Shown: piece by piece, positions 1 to 9,164 of the stretch | How positions within the stretch are numbered: position 1 is the stretch's first letter | Layout: every line of letters begins with the position of its first letter | Assembly (NCBI GenBank): GCA_948465665.1 | Contig: CAOJXI010000001.1 | Span: 1 to 44,535, forward strand | From: an uncultured Clostridia bacterium | GTDB lineage: Bacteria > Bacillota > Clostridia > Oscillospirales > Ruminococcaceae | Direction: 5' to 3' | Length of the DNA stretch: 44,535 nucleotides | Translations under genes and position numbers: made by a program | The notes under the pieces: model-generated | Databases searched by the model: none | What the model was told of the DNA's origin: nothing | Seen by the model: only the letters and a program-made list of their open reading frames with translations

Positions 1-56
1 GTTGTGGACCTTTTTATTCTTTTCTTCCTTAAGTTCCCGTATATGGGACGGCGTCT

Positions 57-244
57 TGGTCGCGCCCGCAGGCGCGAAATACCCCAGCTCGCTTAAGGCA
101 ACCGTAAACCTTACCTGAGAGACTGATAACTAGCCGCTTCGTCCGAGTTCAGCTCTGCTGAACTCAGCCCGCCAGAGTTGGACAAAGCTAAAGGTTTCCT
201 CTTGCAGCCATGATGGCGTACCTAAACCCGGAAACCATAAAATT
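57..244 (-). repeat. Mosaic structured repeat family, copy A (compact form, lacks the 5' AACGTGAG end and the ~110-nt internal module)
   Basis: The reverse complement aligns with copies at 2493-2964, 9040-9158(-) and 40031-40445. Shared blocks: TAGGTACGCCATC, TGGCTGCAAGAG, GTCCAAC...GGACGAAGCGG, TAGTTATCAGT, GGTAAGG, GCTGGGGTATTTCGCGCCTGCGGGCGCGACCA. Confidence 0.75.
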
Positions 245-280
245 AGGAGAAGGTGTCTTCCCAAAACCACATTATGTATA

Positions 281-604
281 TTAATATAAACTGCAATATG
301 TTGAGGGCTGTCCCATATAGCCCTTTCCAATCTGTTCAGCTAGAACTTCCCGCAGTGCAAATGAACTGCTGGTATGGCAGCGGGCTAACCTTGCCCTTTT
401 CCGTTTGGCTTCCTGGGCGGCGCAGACAGCCAGCTTGTGGGAGACTGTCCCTACAAATACTACCACTAAGTCAGGCGAACCAATCTGGCGTTTAAAATTT
501 GCGGGCATTTTTGTAAAGACCTTTGCCTGGCATCCAAAATCCCTACAGATATTTTTATATTGGGTTTCCATACATTCGTTCCCGCCTACAATAACTATGC
601 TCAT
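281..604 (-). CDS. DUF2325-like small protein
   Basis: 107-aa ORF starting MSIVIVGGNE...DLVVVFVGTVSHKL...AK, a pattern I recognise as the DUF2325 family. GGAGAG RBS lies 7-8 nt upstream of the ATG. Confidence 0.55.
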   Translation of the reverse strand: MSIVIVGGNECMETQYKNICRDFGCQAKVFTKMPANFKRQIGSPDLVVVFVGTVSHKLAVCAAQEAKRKRARLARCHTSSSFALREVLAEQIGKGYMGQPSTYCSLY

Positions 605-622
605 TTTTTTCTCTCCTTTTTA

Positions 623-638
623 GTTAGCTTATGCTAAC
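623..638. promoter_or_regulatory. Palindromic operator candidate GTTAGCttatGCTAAC
   Basis: Perfect 6-4-6 palindrome between the predicted -10 and the RBS of the DUF2325 gene. The same motif recurs at 42804-42819, 43402-43417 and 43439-43454, with a compact form at 43479-43486. Confidence 0.5.
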
Positions 639-648
639 TTACAGAAAA

Positions 649-677
649 AGAGTACCATAAAATACGGTTACTGTCAA
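649..677 (-). promoter_or_regulatory. Promoter candidate for the DUF2325 gene
   Basis: Minus strand reads TTGACA-N17-TACTCT, preceded by TGg (extended -10). Confidence 0.4.
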
Positions 678-755
678 CTAACCTTTTCATATTTCTACAT
701 AAAAAACAGCGGGAAGGGCTTCGCCTTCCCGCTGAAAATCAATAGCAGACACACA

Positions 756-1625
756 TTAATCCAAAGTAATCAGTTCATATTCCCTTGTACCAACACCCAA
801 GGCAGCAGCAGATTCCACAGTACGGACACCATTTCTGGACTCAATCCGTTCAATCAAATCCTTTTTTCCGGGATCATCAGACTGGTAAACCAAATCTAAA
901 CAAGCCTGATCCAGCGCCACAGGGTCTAATGAAGATAAAATCCCAATATCCGCCATTTTCGGGTCTTCTGCCACAGAGCAGCAGTCGCAGTCCACAGACA
1001 TATTGCGCATAATATTAATATAGGCAATATTCCCTTTAAAGAAATCCTTAATAGACAGGCAGGCGTCCGCCATAGAATCTAGGAAGGAGTCATGATCAGA
1101 AGACCAGATTTTCTTTTCATCGCCCGCTCCATGGATATAAGCTTTTCCATGGGAAGAAGCGATTCCAATCGAAATATTCTTCAGCGCCCCGCCGAATCCC
1201 CCCATGGGATGGCCTTTAAAGTGGCTCAAAACCAGCAGGGAATCATAGTTTTTCAGATGACTGCCTACATAGTTGGCTTTAATCTGCCTTCCGGTCGGAA
1301 TGGGAAGCTTTATTTCCCCTTCTTCATCCATAATGTCAACCTGCGCAATGCCAGTCCATCCGTGGAGTTTCATAGTGTTCCAATGATCTTTTGACGAAAA
1401 GCGTTTTCCCTCATAGGCAGTGTTACATTCTACAATAGTCCCTTTTACATAATCCAGAATAGGCTTCATGAAATCAGGACGGATAAAGTTCTGGTTTCCC
1501 ACTTCGCCGGAATGTACCTTTGCCGCAACTTTTCCAGGGAGTTCAATATTCAGCGCCTTGTACAGCTTAATAACCGCCTCAGGGGTAAGCTCTTTGGTAA
1601 AATAGACTTTTGCTTTTTCCGCCAT
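756..1625 (-). CDS. DUF362 domain-containing protein
   Basis: 289-aa ORF. It contains VYFTKE...HSGE.GNQNF...VECNTAYEG...LSHFKGHPMGGFGGALKN and a CDCC motif, which resemble DUF362 proteins as I remember them. GGAGAG RBS. Confidence 0.55.
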   Translation of the reverse strand: MAEKAKVYFTKELTPEAVIKLYKALNIELPGKVAAKVHSGEVGNQNFIRPDFMKPILDYVKGTIVECNTAYEGKRFSSKDHWNTMKLHGWTGIAQVDIMDEEGEIKLPIPTGRQIKANYVGSHLKNYDSLLVLSHFKGHPMGGFGGALKNISIGIASSHGKAYIHGAGDEKKIWSSDHDSFLDSMADACLSIKDFFKGNIAYINIMRNMSVDCDCCSVAEDPKMADIGILSSLDPVALDQACLDLVYQSDDPGKKDLIERIESRNGVRTVESAAALGVGTREYELITLD

Positions 1626-1840
1626 TTTGGTCTCTCCTTTTTATAGGTTAAAATGATTTGTTTTTATTATACTCCATAGAGTATACTCTAAGTCAAGAGG
1701 GGGATGAAAACGACTTTTTTAAGGAATATGTTACAGATTTATAATTCTGGTAATTTTCTTTGAAAATATTGAGTGAGCCTAAATCCTATGATAAAATTAA
1801 AAAATAAAATAACACATTGAAACTTGCAGGGGGACTTTTG

Positions 1841-2383
1841 ATGCTGGAACTGACTGAATATATCCATACACAAATGGAAAAGAAACCGTACAGGACAGAT
1901 ATTTCACTAAGCGGGATGCTGGAAGCATTTATTGGAAACTATTATGTATCTGGGGAAGGTTCAGACGATGATTTCCATTGGCTGACCATCTACTATGATC
2001 CTTCCATAGACACATATACCGAGGCGGTTGAAACAATTCCCTCCAATATAGTGGCATACGTTTCTTCCGATTACAGATGGGCTTTTGTATTAACGAGCCA
2101 TATTCATGAATTCAGAAAAGACACATCAGATTATGGAATATCCTATATTACTGTAAAATCTTTTTCGTGCGAACTGCTGCAATGCGCCCATATTGACCTT
2201 CTGCCATGTGAGTTTTCCAATATTCTTTGGATTGACGATGATTTTTTAAATGATGAAAACATCCCTTTTGATTTCAGCAGTTTTGCTTTAATTGATGATG
2301 GAGTCCATTATATAAACCCGAAACATTTTTCTGTTGTGCAGCTTATAACAATTATGGAAAGAAATCTGTTTGCTGGTCGGTAA
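1841..2383 (+). CDS. Hypothetical protein
   Basis: Long ORF. I prefer the ATG at 1841, which follows GGGGGA by 6 nt, over the TTG at 1817. No recognisable family. Confidence 0.45.
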   Translation: MLELTEYIHTQMEKKPYRTDISLSGMLEAFIGNYYVSGEGSDDDFHWLTIYYDPSIDTYTEAVETIPSNIVAYVSSDYRWAFVLTSHIHEFRKDTSDYGISYITVKSFSCELLQCAHIDLLPCEFSNILWIDDDFLNDENIPFDFSSFALIDDGVHYINPKHFSVVQLITIMERNLFAGR

Positions 2384-2492
2384 AGCAATTTTATCAACTG
2401 GCTTGTCATTTTATACGAAAAAGATAAATTCTTTTTGGAAGATGGGAAAATCATATAGGAAAATTCCTTTTTCTGCTGTACAATAATAATAT

Positions 2493-2964
2493 AACGTGAG
2501 TTCGGCGAAATAGTTCCTTAATTGCAAGGTTTTTGGTATTAGGTACGCCATCATCGCAAACCGTTGGTTTGCTGGATGGCTGCAAGAGGGAACTTGGAGG
2601 TTTTGTCCAACGTTGCGACGTTGGACGAAGAGGAAGAAGCCCGCCATAATGGGGCTGCCCCAACGAAGCTGGTTCCAATCCCAATCTTATCCCACCCCCG
2701 AAGCAATTCCAGCGGGCTTTTGATTTTGAATACTGACGAAGTGGTTAGTTATCAGTCTTTTAGGTAAGGTTTGCCTTGGCTTTAAGCCTGCTGGGGTATT
2801 TCGCGCCTGGCGGGTTCAGTTCAGCGCGCTGAACTGGCGACCAGGGGGCTTTTTAGGAGTGCAGCTCCGCTGCACAACCCCCTGGATCTGAAACCTTTTT
2901 AATCCGCCCCAGCTTGTACTCAACTTAGCTTACTCCCGCAAATGAGCTTTATCGAACTTACGTT
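2493..2964 (+). repeat. Mosaic structured repeat family, copy B (full length, candidate large structured RNA or non-autonomous element)
   Basis: The 5' AACGTGAGTTCG can pair with the 3' CGAACTTACGTT. There are many internal perfect hairpins, for example GTCCAACG...CGTTGGAC and CCAGGGGG...CCCCCTGG. The copy is collinear with copy D at 40031-40445. Confidence 0.75.
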
Positions 2965-3016
2965 AAACCACTAAAAAGGATCTGGGAAACCACATCCAAA
3001 GACAGGAGAGATAAAA

Positions 3017-5761
3017 ATGGGAACGAAGCTGCATTGGCTGGCTCCCCGGCAGCAGGCGCAATCCCCAGTGACATTTGGGCATCCCTGGCCAAAACAGATG
3101 TTAAAGCGCGGTCAGGTTACAGCCCTGCGGGATGAAAGTGGAAACTTCATCCCAGTACAGAGCAAAACAACCGCCTACTGGCCTGACGGTTCCATCAAAT
3201 GGACAGCCCATTCTGCGGTTTTGGATACCGTACCAGATAAGACCTATGAAATTGTTTTGTCAGATACCCCTGCGGCGGTTCCTCCAAAGGGAGGGGAAGT
3301 CCAGGCAAAACAGTTAGAGGATGGCTCTGTAACCGTAGAAAGCGGACTGTTGTTCTGCCATATCAAACCAAATACCCATGAGCTGATATCAAGCTTAATC
3401 CGCAAAAACGCCCAACCGGAACTTAGCTGGCGGCCCATGTCTGCAAAGCTAATTGGATACATAGAAAACAGGCAAAAGAAAGAGGGAATGGAGACAAATT
3501 CCCTTTATGAGCTGACAGGCGTTACCCATAAGGTGACATTAGAGGAATCCGGCCCTGTACGAGCAGTAGTCAAAATTGAGGGCTGCCATGAATACGATAT
3601 GAGGAAATCCCAAATTTTCCCCTTTACAGTCCGGCTTTACTTCTATGCAGGAAGCGATGAAATCCGCATGGTTCATAGCTTTGTCTTTAACGCCAATGAG
3701 CAGACAGATTTCTTAAAGGGCCTGGCGGTAGAGCTTACCCTGTCCGCTTCCGGCGAAGGCTATAACCGCCATGTAGGTTTTGCAGGGGAAAAGGGAATGT
3801 GGTATGAGGCCCTCCAGCCCATGTATGTAGGCGGGGGAATCTGGGGGAAAAAGAAAACTGCCCGCCCGGAATCCGGCGACGACGAACGCCTTGTACTGTA
3901 CCGCCGCCAGCAGATTGATGGCCAGTTTGTAACTCTGGACAGGAAGGAATACCCGGAATTTGTGGAGGTTGTTGAGGACAACGCCCTTTTCAACGATTTC
4001 CGCCTCAACCAGTCCTCTTGTGAAAACTATGTTATCACAAAACGTACCTTCCCGGACTGCGCCTATATCACCGCCGCACAGGGGACACGGAGCGGCGGAA
4101 CTGTATTTTTCGGAAGCCGGTCAGGAGTAGTTGCCGCCGGGATCCGGGATTTCTGGCAAAAATCCCCCATGGCCTTGGAAATCAAAAACGGGGCTTCAGA
4201 ACATCCTACAATGACGTTATGGCTGTGGAGCCGTTACGCCGAATCTATGGATTTCCGCGCCTATGACACCGTTTCACATAAGCACTCCTATGGCGGGGTA
4301 ATGAACGTCCCGGAGGGAATCGCCAATACCAATGAACTTTCCTTCAAGCTATTTGACTGTATGCCCGGAAAGGAAGCAATCCTGGACTTTGCCGCCGATG
4401 TACAAACGGATTCCCTTCTGGTGGCAAACCCGGAAGTCTACCAGGATACCGGCGTATTTGGAAGCTACTGGGCTGAACCTAAAGACCCCAAATACAAGGA
4501 TGAAGCCTATGAGAAAGCCCTTCTGGAATATGTCCGTTTCTATATCCGGGAGGTAGAACAGCGGAAATGGTACGGCTTTTGGGATTACGGTGACGTGATG
4601 CACACCTATGACCCGGTTCGCCATTGCTGGCGGTATGATGTGGGCGGATTTGCCTGGCACAATACCGAGCTGTGTAATACTTATGTCAACTGGTTGACCT
4701 TCCTGCGTACCGGAGACTATGAAATTTACCGCTTTGCCCGCGCCATGAGCCGCCACGCAAGCGAGGTGGACACCTACCATCTGGGCAAATTCGCCATGCT
4801 GGGAACCCGGCATAATGTCCGCCACTGGGGATGCGGGGCAAAGGAACCAAGGATTTCCACAGCGGGGCACCACCGTTTTTATTATTACCTGACCGCCGAC
4901 GAACGGATCGGGGACGTGATGGATTTTGTCAAGGATGCAGACAACCGCTGCGACTATAAAGACCCTATGGCGGGATTTTTCGGCAAACATTTGCCGGAAA
5001 ACCGCAATTACGCCCATGTCCGGGTTGGGCCGGACTGGACTTCCTATGCTGCCAACTGGCTCACCCGCTGGGAGCGTTTTGAGGATACAAAGTACCGGGA
5101 TAAGCTGCTTACTGGGATTGAGTCCCTGAAAAATGCCCCTCTGCGCCTTTCTTCCGGTTCTACCTTCCATTATGACCACCGGGATGGTATCCTCCATTAT
5201 ATGGGGGCTGAAAATCCGGCGGGACATACCCATTTAGGGGATGGGAACTATTCCCAGCATATGGTAGTCTGCTTTGGCGGACCGGAAACTTGGATGGAAT
5301 TGTGTGATCTTTTGGACGACCAGGAAATGAGGGAAATGCTCGCCCAATTCGGGGAACTGTACGCTATGGAGCCAGAGGAACGGTTCCAGGCCACCAATGG
5401 TTTGATCTCCGAGAAAAACGACAAAGCATGGGAAGGCCATGGGCCAATCTGGGGGCTGCGCACCTACGCATATGCGGCATGGCTCCACAACCGCCCGGAA
5501 CTGATGGAAAAGGCTGTCCAGAACCTGCGGTATGACGGAGACCTGGACGACGTGGTTCAGGACGGGGTACAGGGCCGTATGCTGTCTGACGGCAGCCTGC
5601 ATATAGTCCCAGTAGAAGACAAAGATGCTCCCCGGCCTATAGAAGAACTGGTTTATTCCAAGACCAACGGCATTTCCCAATGGAGCCTGAACTATATGGA
5701 AACCGTGCGGCTTCGGGAAATGATGGGTGAAAAGGAGCCAAAAGGAGGGAACGGACAATGA
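3017..5761 (+). CDS. PcRGLX/YetA-like protein (PL26-like putative exo-rhamnogalacturonan lyase family), paralog 1
   Basis: 914-aa ORF with GGAGAG RBS and no signal peptide. The N-terminal PVTFGHPWPK...YWPDGSIKWTAHSAV and C-terminal WYGFWDYGDVMH...GGFAWHNTE motifs match my recollection of the B. subtilis YetA / PcRGLX family. This is a family call from memory only. Confidence 0.5.
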   Translation: MGTKLHWLAPRQQAQSPVTFGHPWPKQMLKRGQVTALRDESGNFIPVQSKTTAYWPDGSIKWTAHSAVLDTVPDKTYEIVLSDTPAAVPPKGGEVQAKQLEDGSVTVESGLLFCHIKPNTHELISSLIRKNAQPELSWRPMSAKLIGYIENRQKKEGMETNSLYELTGVTHKVTLEESGPVRAVVKIEGCHEYDMRKSQIFPFTVRLYFYAGSDEIRMVHSFVFNANEQTDFLKGLAVELTLSASGEGYNRHVGFAGEKGMWYEALQPMYVGGGIWGKKKTARPESGDDERLVLYRRQQIDGQFVTLDRKEYPEFVEVVEDNALFNDFRLNQSSCENYVITKRTFPDCAYITAAQGTRSGGTVFFGSRSGVVAAGIRDFWQKSPMALEIKNGASEHPTMTLWLWSRYAESMDFRAYDTVSHKHSYGGVMNVPEGIANTNELSFKLFDCMPGKEAILDFAADVQTDSLLVANPEVYQDTGVFGSYWAEPKDPKYKDEAYEKALLEYVRFYIREVEQRKWYGFWDYGDVMHTYDPVRHCWRYDVGGFAWHNTELCNTYVNWLTFLRTGDYEIYRFARAMSRHASEVDTYHLGKFAMLGTRHNVRHWGCGAKEPRISTAGHHRFYYYLTADERIGDVMDFVKDADNRCDYKDPMAGFFGKHLPENRNYAHVRVGPDWTSYAANWLTRWERFEDTKYRDKLLTGIESLKNAPLRLSSGSTFHYDHRDGILHYMGAENPAGHTHLGDGNYSQHMVVCFGGPETWMELCDLLDDQEMREMLAQFGELYAMEPEERFQATNGLISEKNDKAWEGHGPIWGLRTYAYAAWLHNRPELMEKAVQNLRYDGDLDDVVQDGVQGRMLSDGSLHIVPVEDKDAPRPIEELVYSKTNGISQWSLNYMETVRLREMMGEKEPKGGNGQ

Positions 5762-8388
5762 AACGTGAAATGAAATGGCTTAAAGAGCGCAGCCAAAAAC
5801 AGGTTCCTGTGACCTTTGGGGCGCCGTGGGGCAGGGGTGAGCTTCCAAAGGGGTCATCCCTTGCACTGATTGGCGGAGACGGTAAAGAATTCCCCTGCCA
5901 GGTAAAGCCTACCGCTTTTTGGCCGGATGGTTCTATTAAATGGACAGCCCATTCCGCTGTATTGGATACCTCTCAGAATTATACGATTTCCCTTTCAGAC
6001 GGAAAACCCGCATCCCCGGAACAGCCCGTTTCAGCTTCCGAGGATGAAAACGGCGTGACAATTGAAAGCGGCCTGCTGTCCTGCCGGGTGGAATACGGGG
6101 ATAAACTGATTTCCTCCCTTGTACGGAAGAAAGACGGCTTCCGGCCCATGAGCGGGAAGCTGGTGGCACTGATTCAGAACGAGGAACTCCACGACGACTG
6201 CGAATTCCAGTTTATCCGCCGTTTTGAAGGCGTGACCCAGCAGATTACCCTGGAAGAATCCGGCCCGATGCGGGCGGTTGTCAAGGTGGAGGGGCTTCAC
6301 AGAAGCATCGTCCCGGCAGATTCTGGCAGTGAAATCTTCCCCTTCTCCCTGCGGCTGTATTTCTACGCGGGCAGCCAGGAGATTAAGATTGTCCACTCCT
6401 TTGTATTCGATATTGACGAACATATCGATTTCTTAAAGGGGCTGGCGCTGGAACTGACGATGGAAGCTTCAGGAGAACTCTATAACCGCCATGTTGGATT
6501 TGCAGGGGAAACCGGGATGTTCTATGAAGCGGTACAGCCTGCCTACTTTAAGAATAACTGGAAATACCCTGGAACGCCTGTGCCAGAGGAAACCGCCATT
6601 TATGAACGCCAGCAGCTTGAGGGGCAATTTATTGAAATCCCGGAAGAAGGGGATTTTTCGGAGGTTGTCCATGACAATGCCTGGTGGAACAATTTCCGCC
6701 TAAGCCAAGATTCCTGCGATCATTATATTATCTCCAAAAGCACCCATGAAGAATGTGCCCAAATTACTGCTTTCCAGGGGAACCGAAGCCAGGGGGCCAT
6801 ATTCTTTGGATGTGGGTCAGGAATCATTGCAGCAGCTATCAAAGACTGCTGGCAAAAATCCCCTATGGCGTTGGAAATTCAGAACGCGGCGGAAGATCAC
6901 CCGGTTATGACCCTATGGTTGTGGAGCCGTTACGCGGAACCGATGGATTTCCGCGCCTATGACCGGAAAAGTCATACTTATGCCTATGGCGGCATCAACA
7001 ACCACCCGGAAGGGATTGCCAATACCAATGAAATCTATTTGTCCCTTTTTGGGGAGATGCCCGGAAAACAAGCTGTAATAGATTTTGCCGGCGATGTGCA
7101 GAGTGAAACCCTGCTGGTGGCAGAGCCATCAGTTTACGCTGAAACCAAAGCCCTGGGAAGCTATTGGACTGGAACTGCTGATAAATACCGTGTCCCAGCC
7201 TATGAAAAGGCATTAAAGGAAATGCAGGAGTTTTACATCCATGAAATTAAACAGCGGAGATGGTACGGCTTTTGGGATTATGGCGATGTGATGCACTCTT
7301 ACGACCCTACCCGCCATTGCTGGCGGTACGATGTTGGGGGTTTTGCGTGGCATAATACAGAACTGTGCAACACTTATGCCAACTGGCTGTATTTCCTGCG
7401 GACAGGGGATTATGAGGTATACCGTTTTGCACGCGCCATGAGCCGCCATTGCAGCGAAGTTGACACCTACCACGCCGGAAAATATGCCATGCTGGGTTCA
7501 CGGCACAATGTACGGCATTGGGGCTGCGGGGCAAAGGAAGCCCGTATTTCCATGGCGGGACATTACCGGTTTTTCTACTATCTGACTGCCGATGAACGGA
7601 TCGGGGATATTATGGACTTTGTAAAAGATGCAGACTTTACCACTTTACAGAAAGATCCCATGGGAAGTTATTTCCCGCCCCATCCCCATTTCTCACATTG
7701 CAGAACCGGCCCGGACTGGACTTCATTCCTCAGCAACTGGATGACCCGCTGGGAACGCACTGAAGACCCTAAATATCGCGACAAACTTCTCAGGAGCATA
7801 GAATCCATTAAAAAGGCCCCTCTGGGGCTGTCCTCCGGGTCTACCTTCCATTATGAACCGGAAACTGGGGAAATGCACTATATGGGGGCTGACAATCCCG
7901 CTGGGCACAGGCATCTAGGGGACGGGAATTACCAGCAGCATATGGTAATCATGTTCGGGGGCGCGGAAATCTGGTTTGAACTCTGCGAACTGCTGCAAGA
8001 CCCGGAATTTGAAAAGATGGTAGCTGATTTTGGGGAATATTATGGCATGACCCCGGAGGAGCGGAACCAGAAATCCCATGGGCTGTTTAACCCTGACAAC
8101 GACCGCTGCTGGGGCGGGATTGGCGGCAGGATGACGGCTTTTGCCGGGTATTATCTGGACAATGACCGGTATATGGAAGCAGGAGAGGAGAGCATTACCT
8201 TCCCAGCCCAGAAAATGACGCAAGCCTTTGACGAGGAAGGGAATATGCAGTTATGGGATGTGCCGGAGAAGGATGCACCATATCCCATAAAAGAAGTGTG
8301 GAACCTGACTACAAATACTACTGCGCAGTGGAGCCTAGGATATATGGAAGTGTCTAAACTTCGGGAAATACAGGAGAATAAGAAATAA
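5758..8388 (+). CDS. PcRGLX/YetA-like protein, paralog 2
   Basis: 876-aa ORF, collinear with and clearly homologous to the upstream gene (same motifs). Its start overlaps the upstream stop (ATGA), suggesting translational coupling. Confidence 0.5.
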   Translation: MKREMKWLKERSQKQVPVTFGAPWGRGELPKGSSLALIGGDGKEFPCQVKPTAFWPDGSIKWTAHSAVLDTSQNYTISLSDGKPASPEQPVSASEDENGVTIESGLLSCRVEYGDKLISSLVRKKDGFRPMSGKLVALIQNEELHDDCEFQFIRRFEGVTQQITLEESGPMRAVVKVEGLHRSIVPADSGSEIFPFSLRLYFYAGSQEIKIVHSFVFDIDEHIDFLKGLALELTMEASGELYNRHVGFAGETGMFYEAVQPAYFKNNWKYPGTPVPEETAIYERQQLEGQFIEIPEEGDFSEVVHDNAWWNNFRLSQDSCDHYIISKSTHEECAQITAFQGNRSQGAIFFGCGSGIIAAAIKDCWQKSPMALEIQNAAEDHPVMTLWLWSRYAEPMDFRAYDRKSHTYAYGGINNHPEGIANTNEIYLSLFGEMPGKQAVIDFAGDVQSETLLVAEPSVYAETKALGSYWTGTADKYRVPAYEKALKEMQEFYIHEIKQRRWYGFWDYGDVMHSYDPTRHCWRYDVGGFAWHNTELCNTYANWLYFLRTGDYEVYRFARAMSRHCSEVDTYHAGKYAMLGSRHNVRHWGCGAKEARISMAGHYRFFYYLTADERIGDIMDFVKDADFTTLQKDPMGSYFPPHPHFSHCRTGPDWTSFLSNWMTRWERTEDPKYRDKLLRSIESIKKAPLGLSSGSTFHYEPETGEMHYMGADNPAGHRHLGDGNYQQHMVIMFGGAEIWFELCELLQDPEFEKMVADFGEYYGMTPEERNQKSHGLFNPDNDRCWGGIGGRMTAFAGYYLDNDRYMEAGEESITFPAQKMTQAFDEEGNMQLWDVPEKDAPYPIKEVWNLTTNTTAQWSLGYMEVSKLREIQENKK

Positions 8389-8411
8389 GCAGGGTATCTG
8401 TAATACATGAA

Positions 8412-8458
8412 AAGCGGTTAAAAAGACTTTATTAGAAGACCTTTTAACCGCTTCTTAT
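8412..8458. terminator. Bidirectional intrinsic terminator between convergent genes
   Basis: 12-bp stem AAGCGGTTAAAA/TTTTAACCGCTT followed by a T-rich tract. It sits between the stop at 8388 (+) and the stop at 8474 (-). Confidence 0.6.
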
Positions 8459-8473
8459 TGGATACGTTCATTT

Positions 8474-8746
8474 TCATTGTTCTTCCAAAAGATCATGTTC
8501 AGCCAGCCTAAGTTGTCCAGACTTATAGTCCGCCATCTTTTTCTCTAAATAATGAATATTATTCTCATCATAAAAAGGGTCTGGCTCTGTGGTGATTTCA
8601 AAGGGGATACGTCTTTCCTGCTCTAATTTTTTGCAGAAAATAGTTATCGCTGTTGTAAGGTTCATGCCAATCTTGGCGTATATTTCCTCAACATTTTTCT
8701 TGAGCTGTTCATCCATACGAAAATTTACGTTTACACTTTGTGCCAT
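8474..8746 (-). CDS. RelB/DinJ family antitoxin (orphan)
   Basis: MAQSVNVNFRMDEQLKKNVEEIYAKIGMNLTTAITIFCKK...IPFE is a typical ribbon-helix-helix RelB/DinJ N-terminus. AAGGAGG lies 8 nt upstream of the ATG at 8746. Confidence 0.7.
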   Translation of the reverse strand: MAQSVNVNFRMDEQLKKNVEEIYAKIGMNLTTAITIFCKKLEQERRIPFEITTEPDPFYDENNIHYLEKKMADYKSGQLRLAEHDLLEEQ

Positions 8747-9039
8747 ATGCGTTGCCTCCTTCATTGTTTCAAGTATAGCATTATCGTAAAGAAATAAAAA
8801 GTAATTTCTTTATATTTCTTTGCAAACCAGAATTTAATAAAATAGTCATATAACCAGAAGCTTTTTATTTTGGAAAAAGGCTGACTGGAAAACCGCCTGC
8901 CGCAGAATTTTGCATTTGCGGCAGGATTCTTTCTACCATAGGTTGAATTTCCACACAAAACTCTCCTATCCTGTTATTGTACTAAAATCCTGATTCTGTT
9001 ACGATAAAGTTATCCCATTTGATTCAGATGCTTCGTCCA

Positions 9040-9158
9040 ACGTCGTCAACGTTGGACAAAACCTCCAAGTTTCCTCTTACAGCCATTAAGCAAACCAACG
9101 GTTTGCCATGATAACGTACCTGATACCGAAAACCATAAAATTTCATTGAACTCACGTT
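9040..9158 (-). repeat. Mosaic structured repeat family, copy C (5' module only)
   Basis: The reverse complement begins AACGTGAGTTC and stays collinear with copies B and D up to GTTGGACGAAGC, where similarity stops. Confidence 0.7.
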
Positions 9159-9164
9159 ATATTA

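Noticed and set aside
2564-2767. ORFs inside the mosaic repeat (2564-2767, 40284-40583, 40300-40596, 130-330, 253-495).
   Set aside because: The frames are not conserved between copies, none has an RBS, and they lie in hairpin-dense sequence.
2493-2964. Group II (class C) intron or other self-splicing intron. This was prompted by the 5' GTGAG, the ~450-nt size and the terminator-adjacent position.
   Set aside because: I find no domain V-like 34-nt hairpin with a catalytic triad and GNRA loop. There is no domain VI bulged A, no reverse transcriptase or maturase ORF, and no group I P7/R-S elements. Truncated and modular copies fit a repeat family better. This is kept as an open question under findings, not as a call.
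4349-5758. Antisense ORFs of 294 and 174 aa within the first PL26-like gene, and similar antisense ORFs in argD (31525-32175), argF (32291-32851) and argH (26363-26920).
   Set aside because: The opposite-strand genes have unambiguous conserved motifs. The antisense products have no RBS and a biased composition.
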